Source: a virus (Duplodnaviria; Caudoviricetes). Taken from it: 64,000 nucleotides of DNA. The notes beneath the pieces were generated by a model. It ran no database searches, was not told the DNA's origin, and saw nothing but the letters and a program-made list of their open reading frames with translations. Position 1 is the stretch's first letter, and each line of letters begins with the position of its first letter. Made by a program: the position numbers and the translations under genes. The DNA lies in the IMG/VR virus record IMGVR_UViG_3300049573_000247, positions 77,155 to 141,154 of that record; one strand, given 5' to 3'. This document shows, in pieces, positions 54,333 to 63,580 of the stretch.

Positions 54333-55061
54333 CTAATTCGGGTTTCGTGGCGAGAGATCGATAATGCGCATCCATACGATGCCATCGAGCGGGCCTCGGT
54401 ATTCCTCATCGAACCAGTCCAGGAACGCACCGCCTGCAGCCATGTGGCTGGGGTCGTCCCCCACATAGACCCCCAGGCCCGGCTCATGCACCAGCTTGTT
54501 CTTCGCCCGATAGGTCCGAGAGGGGCCGAAGGCATCGACGATGGGTTTCGCGGTCGGATGCAAGTTCGCGTTGTCGCGCAGCCCGTACGTCTTGACCTGG
54601 AACTGCAGGTCGACCTTCACGTACTCCAACCCCTGCGGCAGCTGCTTCCGCTGGCCCAGTGCGATGAGGTAAACGTGGTGGCGCCATTGGGACCGGAGCC
54701 GGGAGGCGACGTTGCGGTCGAGACTCGCATTGGCGTTCAGCCAACCGCACGGGGCAGCAGGGATCTTGATCTGCCACTCACCCGGTTGCAGCCTCCCCGC
54801 GACCTCCCGAGGGCTCCCTCGGGTGACCAGAGCCGCCAGCCGCGTCTTGATCTTCGCCCACAGCCACTTGCGGTGGTTGGGGGTCATCTTGCGGCAGAGC
54901 CTGCGGACGGGCACCTCCAGGCGCTGGTCACGGATGATCTCGTAGAACGGCTCGGCTCGCATGGCGGCATCCAGCTCCGTGTCGGGTCGCCCAGTAGGGG
55001 CCCACGTGTCCTCCCACGTTTCGATCTGGGCGACCAGGTCGAGGAACGCATCCGCGTTCAC
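54333..55061 (-). CDS. RusA-like Holliday junction resolvase with N-terminal extension
   Basis: WLNAN, RDNANL.PTAKPIVDA, GDD. Confidence 0.65.
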   Translation of the reverse strand: MNADAFLDLVAQIETWEDTWAPTGRPDTELDAAMRAEPFYEIIRDQRLEVPVRRLCRKMTPNHRKWLWAKIKTRLAALVTRGSPREVAGRLQPGEWQIKIPAAPCGWLNANASLDRNVASRLRSQWRHHVYLIALGQRKQLPQGLEYVKVDLQFQVKTYGLRDNANLHPTAKPIVDAFGPSRTYRAKNKLVHEPGLGVYVGDDPSHMAAGGAFLDWFDEEYRGPLDGIVWMRIIDLSPRNPN

Positions 55062-55432
55062 GAGGCCGGGACCGTGAAGGTCAGCTCGGACACGGCCGAG
55101 AACGAATCATCAGCGGCGGTGACCTCGGTGCGACGTCCCATGATGGTGCGGGGCAGGTCGCACTCGTAGATGAGGCCACCGGCGAACTTGAACATGAGAT
55201 CGCACGCGGTGGCCACGTAGAAGCGGGGCCAGTCGTCCTCGCGCCGGTCGATGAACCCGTGGAATGACAGCTGCCGTTTTCCCAGGTTGGCCCCCATATC
55301 GAGGTCGCCGATCTGGTCGGCCAGCGTGGCGTACGTCCCGATGGCGTCCTCGAAGGCGTCGAAGCCGCGCTGGATGTCCTCCCTGGTGGCCTCGGGGAAG
55401 GTGTAGCAGTCGTCGATGTACAGGCGAAGCAT
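55058..55432 (-). CDS. hypothetical protein
   Basis: GTGA overlap with the downstream gene. Confidence 0.6.
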   Translation of the reverse strand: MLRLYIDDCYTFPEATREDIQRGFDAFEDAIGTYATLADQIGDLDMGANLGKRQLSFHGFIDRREDDWPRFYVATACDLMFKFAGGLIYECDLPRTIMGRRTEVTAADDSFSAVSELTFTVPAS

Positions 55433-55448
55433 CGTCTCTCGCTTTCGG

Positions 55449-55868
55449 TCAGGCCCCGGCCGTAGCCGGGTGTTCGGGGGAGGAAGGGGCGACGGCAACC
55501 CGCACCTTGAGCGCCCGGTGGTTGGTGGCCACCACCTCGCCTCGGTCGTCGCGGAACTCGGTGACGACCTTCATCGCCAGCGCCGCCAGATCGGTGCCGT
55601 GAAAGAGCGTCATTCCCAGCAGCTGCAGGCGGGCGTGCGCGGAGTCGATGCAGGTAGTGAGCGATCCGTAGGGAAACGTCTCCACCCGCACCCGAAACGA
55701 CAATGCGCATCGAGCTGGGTCGGGTTCGATCACCAGGCCGTGCAGGCCGCCGCGTTCCAGCGACGGCCCGCGCAGGGCCGTGATGTCGTCCATGGCGGCG
55801 ATGAACGCCTCAAGGGCTCGGCGTCCCTCGGGAACGAACAGGTAGGTGTGACTGATGTGCAGTTCCAT
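55449..55868 (-). CDS. hypothetical protein
   Basis: AAAGG RBS; operon context. Confidence 0.6.
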   Translation of the reverse strand: MELHISHTYLFVPEGRRALEAFIAAMDDITALRGPSLERGGLHGLVIEPDPARCALSFRVRVETFPYGSLTTCIDSAHARLQLLGMTLFHGTDLAALAMKVVTEFRDDRGEVVATNHRALKVRVAVAPSSPEHPATAGA

Positions 55869-56143
55869 GGGCGTGCCTTTCGATCAGGGCAGCGTCGATC
55901 TCGCGCCGGACGGCACGGGCCTCGACGCGCTTCGTACGTCGCTTGCGGGTGGTCCGTCGGCTAGGGCTGTCACCTTCGCAGCAGATGCCCGCACACAAGC
56001 GCCACCAGGCGCGCTTTCCGGGCAATGGCGCATGGTCGGTCATGGTGTTTATGATGCTGCGACCGGAGGGCGCCGGGCGTTAGGCTGCTGCGCGTATCGG
56101 TCGTCGGCCGGGTCGCAGCAGCCACACGGGCTGCCCCGGCCGA

Positions 56144-56611
56144 TCAACCCTGCAGCCACCCCAGATGACGCGCCGTGTTCTCCAAGACCCCCATCAGCTC
56201 GTCGCCAATGGTGAACCGGTCCTGCTGAATGACCAGGCTCTTGCCCAGGTCGCCGTCGTCGTGGCGCTGGCTGGCGGCGTACCAGTCGGCGAGCATCTCG
56301 CACAGGTCGAGCAGGGTCATGTCACGCACACCGCGTTCGTGGAACTCGGGGTGGTGGCGGTTGTGGGCGTAGTGGTGTTCGAGGGCCGGTCCGAGTTCGG
56401 CGAGGCTGGCCTTGTATTCCTCGCTGCCGTAGGTGATGCCGCTGAGACGGTCGCTGCAGCGGTCGAATGCGGCCTTCTCAGGCTCGGACAGCTTCGAGGC
56501 GTCGTGCTCGTAGGAGCGTTGCAGCAGTTCGGCGATCATGGCCCCCATGTAGGCGCCCACCTTTTGGCTGTGGGCGAGGGTGTCGGCGGCGCTGTCGTAG
56601 TCCTCAGGCAT
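56144..56611 (-). CDS. DUF5662-like HD-domain protein
   Basis: HDASKL...E, HHY..NRHHPE, M.L.D..EM..DW.A. Confidence 0.8.
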   Translation of the reverse strand: MPEDYDSAADTLAHSQKVGAYMGAMIAELLQRSYEHDASKLSEPEKAAFDRCSDRLSGITYGSEEYKASLAELGPALEHHYAHNRHHPEFHERGVRDMTLLDLCEMLADWYAASQRHDDGDLGKSLVIQQDRFTIGDELMGVLENTARHLGWLQG

Positions 56612-56810
56612 CAGCTGCTGCTTCCAGCCGGGTGCAGGCTTCGCGGGCCTGCTGCACCAGCTCGGTGACCGGCGAGTAGCGCACCGGCGCCAAGTGCAGC
56701 GTGGCGTTCATCCGGTCGCGCTCCACGAAGTACTGCTCTGAGACTGCCAGCGCACGCGCGATGGCCTCTCGGTCCTGGCTGGGTCCGGAGGGCTGGGCTG
56801 GTGGGTTCAC
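56604..56810 (-). CDS. hypothetical protein
   Basis: Overlaps both neighbours. Confidence 0.55.
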   Translation of the reverse strand: MNPPAQPSGPSQDREAIARALAVSEQYFVERDRMNATLHLAPVRYSPVTELVQQAREACTRLEAAADA

Positions 56811-57094
56811 GTGAGGTCCCTTTCCCCGTCGAGGTAGTAACCGGGGAAGTATAGGACTGATTCGACGGTGTTTCGGTCAGGCTTGGCGAGGAGCGCTCGC
56901 ACATTGCCGTCGGTGCCGATGCGCGCGGCCACGAACTGGTCGAGGAAGGCCTCCAGGCGGTCGTAGTCGCCGACGACAGCGGTTCCGGAGGCGGCTTCGC
57001 GTCCGGGAAGGTCGTTCTCGATCCACTCGAACGGGCTGAGCCGCAGGCCTTCGGCGGCGGCCGAGGCGGCCAGGTGCGGCGGGAAGAGGGCCAT
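56807..57094 (-). CDS. hypothetical protein
   Basis: AAAGGA RBS. Confidence 0.6.
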   Translation of the reverse strand: MALFPPHLAASAAAEGLRLSPFEWIENDLPGREAASGTAVVGDYDRLEAFLDQFVAARIGTDGNVRALLAKPDRNTVESVLYFPGYYLDGERDLT

Positions 57095-57106
57095 GGCGGC
57101 TTCCTT

Positions 57107-57415
57107 TCAGGACTGCAGCATCTCCAGGTGGAGCTGTTCGACTTCGGCTTCGGTGTAGCCGGTGCAGGCCAGGTGCACGGCGACGCAGCCCGCGTTCGTC
57201 CATCCTCGGTTCTCACGGTTTTCGCGATCGCGGTGGTCGATGCCGACCGGGACGAGCAGGATGCGGCCGTCCTCGACGAGGGGATCGCCGCAGGCCGGGC
57301 AGTAGTGCTCGGCGAGCGGATGCATCTTTCCAGTGTCAGGATCTGGTTCGGCGATGTCGAACAGGCGCGGGGAGATCTGGGGCCGGAAGTCGGCCTTGAT
57401 GCGGACGTAGAGCAT
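57107..57415 (-). CDS. small zinc-binding protein
   Basis: CPACG ... HLAC; GGAG RBS. Confidence 0.6.
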   Translation of the reverse strand: MLYVRIKADFRPQISPRLFDIAEPDPDTGKMHPLAEHYCPACGDPLVEDGRILLVPVGIDHRDRENRENRGWTNAGCVAVHLACTGYTEAEVEQLHLEMLQS

Positions 57416-57467
57416 GTTTCTCCGTTCGGGCCGGGCCCCCTTTCTCGGGGGCCCGGCGTCTGAGTCC

Positions 57468-57854
57468 TCAGTATTCGAGGCAGGTCAGGTCGACCTGCAG
57501 CCGCTCGGCGGCATCGGTGGCGAGGCTTTCGAGGGCCATCACCTTGCTGTCACGGTCGGTCTTGCCGTTCGACCATGCCTTCGCGCCGAGCCGGGCGGCG
57601 TGCAGCGCTCGCTCGAACGCGATCAGCGCCACCGCCGAGGAGCTCGCCGCAGCGAGCTTGAGGATCTCATCGGCGATCTCGCCGCCGCGTTCGTCGCTGA
57701 GCGTACCTGTCCGGGCCGCTTCCGCCAGCGCCGCACGGTATCGCTCGACCTGCGCGGCAGTGCCGTGCGCGATCGATGCCATCATGGCCTCCCGCTCGGC
57801 GTCTATCGCCAGCGGCAGACCGGTGTAAGCCTGAGCATCCGTCTCCATGCTCAT
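57468..57854 (-). CDS. hypothetical Ala-rich protein
   Basis: GAGGAGGGAG RBS; hairpin at about 57430-57457 follows. Confidence 0.65.
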   Translation of the reverse strand: MSMETDAQAYTGLPLAIDAEREAMMASIAHGTAAQVERYRAALAEAARTGTLSDERGGEIADEILKLAAASSSAVALIAFERALHAARLGAKAWSNGKTDRDSKVMALESLATDAAERLQVDLTCLEY

Positions 57855-57990
57855 GCTCCCTCCTCTGTTGTGTTGTTTTACCTGGACAAGCGGGTCTTCC
57901 CCCACTTGTCGCTCATGAAGATCCTACACATGCCGATCGGGCCCGTCGCCGTAGCAACGGGCCCGATCCGTGCCGGGAGCATTCCCTTCG

Positions 57991-58521
57991 CTACTTCACG
58001 TTTCGTGGGGCTTGGCGGTTGATCCAGCGCTGGGCTGATTCGGCGTTGAGGAAAAGGATGCGGTCCTCTGTGGGGTGCAGGACCGCTTCGAGATCGCCTT
58101 CGGTGACGTGGTGGAGGACTTGCCTGGCGTTCATGCCGGTCATGGCGGCGAGTTGGTCGGCGATGGGGTCACCGACGAAGCGGATCTCTCGGCGCGCTCG
58201 CCGCCTGGGCCCTGGCGGCGAGCCGTCGATCCCGTGTTTCAGGAACCGCTTGATCCGCCATTTCGGGTACTCCCAGATGATCTGCTCGCGACCCGCGACG
58301 ACTTTGCGGGTACGTTCGCGTCGGGCGTCTTTGAGGCCGCAGGTGTTGGCCGTGGCCGCTTTCTGCAGGAGGTCGCGGCTGTACCAGCCGAGGCTGCGGT
58401 CGGCGGCGAACTCCTGGGGTGTCAGCCACTCTTCTTCGAGGAGGTCGCGCGCGGCAGCGACCTCGGGTGGAATCTCGATGCGGGTCTCCGGTCGGTGGGA
58501 AGCGGTAACAGTGCTGCTCAT
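57991..58521 (-). CDS. putative DNA-binding protein with two HTH-like segments
   Basis: WLTPQEFAA, QLAAMTGMNARQVL..V.EG.L; TAGACT-N7-ATG. Confidence 0.6.
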   Translation of the reverse strand: MSSTVTASHRPETRIEIPPEVAAARDLLEEEWLTPQEFAADRSLGWYSRDLLQKAATANTCGLKDARRERTRKVVAGREQIIWEYPKWRIKRFLKHGIDGSPPGPRRRARREIRFVGDPIADQLAAMTGMNARQVLHHVTEGDLEAVLHPTEDRILFLNAESAQRWINRQAPRNVK

Positions 58522-58829
58522 ACCGGCGAGTCTAGCCCGCTCTGATGGCAACGGCCCCTTCGCAAAAGGCGACAAACCACGCACAGATTTTGTGACGTGA
58601 TGGCATCTATGAACCGTATTGGGGCGTTTTGCAGGATAGCCTGGTTGGTCATCAGCGCAATGATCGGCATCCTTGCCACCGCCACGTCATCGGGCTCGCT
58701 GTGGCGTTCGCAACGTCCGCTGTAACGAGGATGTTTGGTTAAACTCCGCGCGTGGGACAACACAGCGAGAAACCGTCACCGTACCCGATCAGTGATCGGC
58801 TTCGCCTACGCCAGCGTCTGCGTTCGCGC

Positions 58830-58861
58830 ATTCCCAGCGGCACCGAAGTGCCGCTGGGAAT
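58830..58861 (-). terminator. 14-bp hairpin with C(TTCG)G loop on the minus strand
   Basis: ATTCCCAGCGGCAC-CGAA-GTGCCGCTGGGAAT after the sulfotransferase operon. Confidence 0.7.
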
Positions 58862-58886
58862 CATGCTGCTGACCTCGCTCATCGGT

Positions 58887-59294
58887 CTACTGCTGGGCTT
58901 TTTGCTGGGACTGCTGGTATGACCACCGCTGCGCCCACCTGTCAACGGCCACGCCCACGCCCAGCAGGGCCGCAACGTAGGTGGCGCCGACGGCGCCCAC
59001 CCCCCACCAGAACGGCAGCAGCGGCACCGCGACCACATCGACCAGCAGCACGGGGGGCATGACGATCATGGCCCCCCAGATGCCCACGCGCCACTGCAGC
59101 CACCCGTCCACGACCGGGTCCGGTTCCCGCAGCGCCAGCGGCGCGCACGCCATGGCTATGAGCACCGAAGCCGACCATGACGGGAACCCTCCTGCCGTCA
59201 GCAGCTGAGTAGCACCGAACGTGCCCACGTTGATGGCCGACACTGCCCACAGCATGATCGGCAGCCAGTTGTGGGGATGGTTCTCCTTGGCCAC
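58887..59294 (-). CDS. multi-pass membrane protein
   Basis: About four hydrophobic segments; AGGAAGGG RBS. Confidence 0.7.
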   Translation of the reverse strand: MAKENHPHNWLPIMLWAVSAINVGTFGATQLLTAGGFPSWSASVLIAMACAPLALREPDPVVDGWLQWRVGIWGAMIVMPPVLLVDVVAVPLLPFWWGVGAVGATYVAALLGVGVAVDRWAQRWSYQQSQQKAQQ

Positions 59295-59310
59295 GCGGTT
59301 CCCCTTCCTC

Positions 59311-60564
59311 TCAGGCATTGAACGTTCGCACCATGCCCATATAGTCACCGAACGCGCGGTCGATCTGATAGTTGTCGACCCCGTAGCGGGTATGCCCGTA
59401 CTCGTGGCGGCGTCCCTTGCCGTCCCGAGGGCGACGCAGGGCCGTATTCAACCGGTCGACCTCGGCATCGCCCCAGTCAAGGCCGAGCCGCTGGTACAGC
59501 GTGGCCACCTCTACCTGCGGGTCGGCCATCAGACGGGCATACGGCAGGTCGATGAACGCCGCCGCTCCGCGCTTCGCGCGGGGCCGCTCACCGCCGGTCA
59601 GCGCCGCACGGTCGTTGCGTGCCTTCTCGATGCCGTGCGACAGCACCTGCAGCCACGACCGGCCGATGTTGCGGGGCTCGACCTTGTGGGCGAACATGTG
59701 CAGGTGGTGCAGGCTCTCGGCCATTGAGCACATCGACCCGAACACGGTTACCGGGTCCCGGTGGGTCCACACCACCTGCGCGTCGGGGAAGACCTCGAAG
59801 ATCTCCGGCAAGTGGTAGAGGTTCCCGGGGTGCTTGAGCACCCACCGCCGCTGGGGCTGACCGTGCGAGAGCACCTGCAGCGCCTGCTTCACGAATCGCC
59901 AGTCGGCTCCGGCATCGTAGTCGCCGGTGAGGTAGCGCCAGTAACCCGGCATCGGCGCTGTCGCCAGGTCCATGATCGAGTGGTCAAGAAGGAACGCGTT
60001 CTCCTCCACTGCCCGGGGGTCCCCGATGCGGTGGATGAGATCCCAGTCGGGTGAGAACTTCAGATGCGCCCGCAGCGTGTGCCGCACCCGTCGCTGCACC
60101 TTCGCCTCTTCCTTCGCCGTGCGCGAACCGGGCAGCGCCATGTCGAACATCTCCCACAGCTCCGGCCCTCGACAGCCCGGTGCCCGGGACAGGACGTTGT
60201 GCGACAGGGTCGTCCCCGTTCGCGGCAGCCCCACGACGATGACCGGCGCGACAACGGGCACGTCGACGAGTTCGGGATGAGCGGCGTGGAGCTTGGCCAC
60301 ACGCTTGCGGTTGCCCATCCGATGCGCCGTGGTCTCCAGCGCAATGCGCCAGCCCAGCCCCGACAGCCCGTCAGTGGCCGCGTAGGCCCGCAGGCGACGC
60401 CGGTAGCCTTCCGCCACGGCCTCCTCCAGGAAGGCGAAACCGTCCATCTCCCGGCGCATCCTCGCGTACATGCGCTCAAAGGCACGGTCGGGGTCGCCGC
60501 GCTGCACCAGGAGGGGGGCGGTGGCGAGCTGGCCTGCGTAGAGCAGGGCAGAGGTACGTTGCAT
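59311..60564 (-). CDS. PAPS-dependent sulfotransferase family protein
   Basis: PVIVVGLPRTGTTL (5'-PSB loop), WVLKHP, WTHRDP..V..S (3'-PB). Confidence 0.88.
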   Translation of the reverse strand: MQRTSALLYAGQLATAPLLVQRGDPDRAFERMYARMRREMDGFAFLEEAVAEGYRRRLRAYAATDGLSGLGWRIALETTAHRMGNRKRVAKLHAAHPELVDVPVVAPVIVVGLPRTGTTLSHNVLSRAPGCRGPELWEMFDMALPGSRTAKEEAKVQRRVRHTLRAHLKFSPDWDLIHRIGDPRAVEENAFLLDHSIMDLATAPMPGYWRYLTGDYDAGADWRFVKQALQVLSHGQPQRRWVLKHPGNLYHLPEIFEVFPDAQVVWTHRDPVTVFGSMCSMAESLHHLHMFAHKVEPRNIGRSWLQVLSHGIEKARNDRAALTGGERPRAKRGAAAFIDLPYARLMADPQVEVATLYQRLGLDWGDAEVDRLNTALRRPRDGKGRRHEYGHTRYGVDNYQIDRAFGDYMGMVRTFNA

Positions 60565-60722
60565 CACAGGGGGTCTCCTTCGGGTGTTGGGCCGCGAAAG
60601 CGGCCGGTGAGGCGGGGAAACGACAGTGGCCGGAGGTTCCCCTCCGGCCACTTATCCCCCATCTGACACCAGGCCAGATCCTTCCTCCTCGCGAACTCAG
60701 CGTAGCAGAGCGCGTGAAGCAT

Positions 60723-61256
60723 TCACTTTGTGTACCAATACCGCAGCTGCCCGCACCAGCACGGGCGCGCCTGCCCGACGAAGTCGGCGGCATCGCGGCG
60801 GCGAATGTCAGCGGCGACATGGCGGGTGTGCTCGTCGATGACCGCCGACGCCAGATGCTCCACACCCACCGCCGACTCGGCGGCATACGACCGCAAGACC
60901 TGCATGGGGCTCTCGTCGAGCGTCACCATGACCGCCACCGGCTGGTGTGCGTAAGCGTCCGGGTGATGGGAGGAAGCAAGACCCTTTATTCGAGGCGCCG
61001 TATCCCCCTCGGACGGTGGCCACGACACCGGATTATGGCTCCACCGCTCGATCCAGATGGCCGCCATCCCCGCACGGGTATTGGCGTAGCCCAGCGCGCA
61101 CATCTCATCGAGCGCCAAGGCGGCGTCTTCACCCACCCGCAGCGGCACAGCGAAGGGAGGCCCATCACCCTCTATGCGTTCCACAGCGCCTCTCCCTTCC
61201 ACGACACCGTTGGCAACGATGGCTCCCATTGCCGGGCAATGCATGTCGCATGGCAA
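60723..61256 (-). CDS. hypothetical protein
   Basis: ORF track; true start probably further in (GTG 61183 has a GGGAGAGG RBS). Confidence 0.55.
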   Translation of the reverse strand: MPCDMHCPAMGAIVANGVVEGRGAVERIEGDGPPFAVPLRVGEDAALALDEMCALGYANTRAGMAAIWIERWSHNPVSWPPSEGDTAPRIKGLASSHHPDAYAHQPVAVMVTLDESPMQVLRSYAAESAVGVEHLASAVIDEHTRHVAADIRRRDAADFVGQARPCWCGQLRYWYTK

Positions 61257-61334
61257 TCCGTTCTCATGGCACGACGGACACGTTGCGAGTCGGACTCGGA
61301 TTCCCGCCGCTGAGCGTGTAGGCTGATCGCAAGC

Positions 61335-61366
61335 AAAAAGAAAGCCGGGGACGGTACTCCCCGGCT
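61335..61366 (-). terminator. intrinsic terminator
   Basis: AGCCGGGG/CCCCGGCT followed by TTCTTTTT. Confidence 0.8.
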
Positions 61367-61465
61367 GGTTGGTTGTAGCAAACCGGAGCCGACTCTACCG
61401 GAGACGAGAGTACCTCGTCAAATCCGTAGGGCGTGTCCGGTGTCACCGAAAGGACATCGATGTCG

Positions 61466-61951
61466 TCACGTCGCCCCCGAGTCGTCGATCCCCATCGCCG
61501 CACACCACTCGCGCTGGCGCTCCACGACCGTGAAGTCGAGGACGTACCAGCCCTTCGCCGCGCGGGCCGCCATCTCCTCTGGAGGCACTACCTCGGTGCC
61601 GCCGCACAGGGCTTTGAACAGGATCGGGTCCCAGGTGCCCTCGGGGCCGACGGCACTGGGATCGTGGGCCGCGTCGCAGCCGGGAATGGTGTTGATGACC
61701 GGATGGAAGCACGAGGCCTCGATCTTGATGACCGCCCAGCCGCGCAGGCGTCCGTTGAACGTCAGTCGCAGGTGCGCTCCGGGTTCCAACTTCGGCAGCC
61801 AGTTGCGCAGCACTCCGGGGACGACCATCGAGGTCTTCTCGCCTTTGCAGACTGCGATGCCCGACCGTCGCCCCATGGCCATGCCCCGCAGCTGCGGGCC
61901 GTCCCATGTCTGCCGCGCGCGCTGAACGGTACCCATGTGTCGCATGCTCAC
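61466..61951 (-). CDS. ASCH/PUA-like domain protein
   Basis: V..GEKT..V pattern then PG..L.L; TACTAT-N6-GTG. Confidence 0.45.
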   Translation of the reverse strand: MSMRHMGTVQRARQTWDGPQLRGMAMGRRSGIAVCKGEKTSMVVPGVLRNWLPKLEPGAHLRLTFNGRLRGWAVIKIEASCFHPVINTIPGCDAAHDPSAVGPEGTWDPILFKALCGGTEVVPPEEMAARAAKGWYVLDFTVVERQREWCAAMGIDDSGAT

Positions 61952-62218
61952 TTTCCCATAGTAGCGTCTGGTTACTGCGGTACTACTGACCGAAACAGAC
62001 GAGGGTTCGTAATGTCCACATAACGTGTAACATGTCCGTATTAGACTGATTTCAGACAAAACTAAAGGCCGGGGACGCCACATCCCCGGCCCTGAAACTC
62101 ACCGCGCGAACGACCAAGAACACGCGTGAAGCTGTCGAATACAGCTTCGAGAGTACCGGAGGCGAGCAATGCTCGTCAACCGCACTCGGTCGTTGGCACG
62201 GTGGAAAGGACCACACTC

Positions 62219-63454
62219 GTGACCACCAACGGCTTCACCGTCGGCCTCCACGACTCCTGGAGCGCCTTCGCCAAACTCTTCGTCCGCTACCCGCGCCCCT
62301 TCGCGCGCATGAAGCTCACCGCCGACGAAACCGCCATCATCATCCAGATGCTCTCGCACAAACCGGGCCACCGCGTCAACATCGCCTTCCTGCGCGAGAA
62401 CATCGAAGGCCTCTCCCGCGACAAGTGCTACGCCGCCATCAAACGCCTCGACGAACGCGGCATCCTCAACCGCCGCCGCCTCCAAGACGGCGACGGCAAG
62501 TTCACCGGCATGCACTACGAACTCCTGCCACCCCCCGAGTACCTGGTCATCGCCAAAGCCCTCGCCGACGCCGACGACGACGACCACGGCCCCACCGACA
62601 CGACCCCACTTCCTGGTATCCAGGAAATGGACGAACCTCGCATATCACCTCCACTTCCTGAACCCCAGGAAATGGACCCCACCAGCGAAAACACTCCCGA
62701 AACCAAGCAAAACCCCAGGTCGGAACCACTTCCTGACCAGCCGTATACGGCTGAGCCGTATACGGCTGGCGCGACACAAAGAGAGAGTATTAAGAAAGAA
62801 GAAAAAAAGCAGAAAGAAGATCTCTCTCTCCAGGCCCCGACCCCAGCCCCCGCACCGCCCGCCGAACCGAGAGAGAGCATCGAACCCGAGAACAACACCG
62901 CCCACGGCGGCCACGTCCTCGCCGCCCAGCGCATCCTCCGCGACACCGTCCCCGCACCCGTCGCCGCCAAACTCTCCGACAGCCAGCGCAACCACGTCGT
63001 CAGCCTCGTCGCCGACCTCCTTGCCACCGGCTGGGCCGGAGCACACCTGCGCGCCCGCCTCGACGGGAAAGTCACTGCCGCCGCCCACACCCCCTACGTC
63101 ATCCTCCGCGACTACCTCCAGGGCATGGCCGCTGAAACCCCCCAGGAGAGCCAACAGGGCCACGGAGACCCCTGGGGTACCAACACGGCCTCCCCGGGCG
63201 TCCACGACGACGACGAAGCCGCTCCCGGGGTACGCCTGCTAGCCAACGGCGAACGACAGATCCGCTACTCCTCCTGCGGCGCCCGCGACTGCACCGGCGG
63301 CTCCGGCGCAGGCCGAGGCATCGGCACCTACCGCCGCCGCATCGACCCCGAAACCGGCAGCGCCGATGAACGCTGCAGCAACCCCGTCACCCTCAGCGAC
63401 GGACGAATCACCACGTGCCACCCCGACGCCCGAAGGGACATCCCCACGAGCTGA
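62219..63454 (+). CDS. replication initiator-like protein (N-terminal winged HTH)
   Basis: LT.....I...LS...G..V....L.....SRD....AI..L...G.L.R...D..GKF; GAAAGGA RBS; iteron-bearing linker. Confidence 0.7.
   Translation: MTTNGFTVGLHDSWSAFAKLFVRYPRPFARMKLTADETAIIIQMLSHKPGHRVNIAFLRENIEGLSRDKCYAAIKRLDERGILNRRRLQDGDGKFTGMHYELLPPPEYLVIAKALADADDDDHGPTDTTPLPGIQEMDEPRISPPLPEPQEMDPTSENTPETKQNPRSEPLPDQPYTAEPYTAGATQRESIKKEEKKQKEDLSLQAPTPAPAPPAEPRESIEPENNTAHGGHVLAAQRILRDTVPAPVAAKLSDSQRNHVVSLVADLLATGWAGAHLRARLDGKVTAAAHTPYVILRDYLQGMAAETPQESQQGHGDPWGTNTASPGVHDDDEAAPGVRLLANGERQIRYSSCGARDCTGGSGAGRGIGTYRRRIDPETGSADERCSNPVTLSDGRITTCHPDARRDIPTS
62606..62830. other. putative replication origin inside rep
   Basis: CCACTTCCTG-N5-CAGGAAATGG twice (62606, 62651) plus a half site (62726); palindromes AGCCGTATACGGCT twice; then an A-rich tract. 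Confidence 0.65.
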
Positions 63455-63580
63455 CCCACGTCGTCACCGCTGCTCGCCGCCGGTGCCTTCACGGCCCGGG
63501 GCTTACATGAACATGCTTATAGTTCATATGCTGTACCCTCACAAAGAGGCATTCATGTTTTCGAGGGAAGAGGTGTTGAG

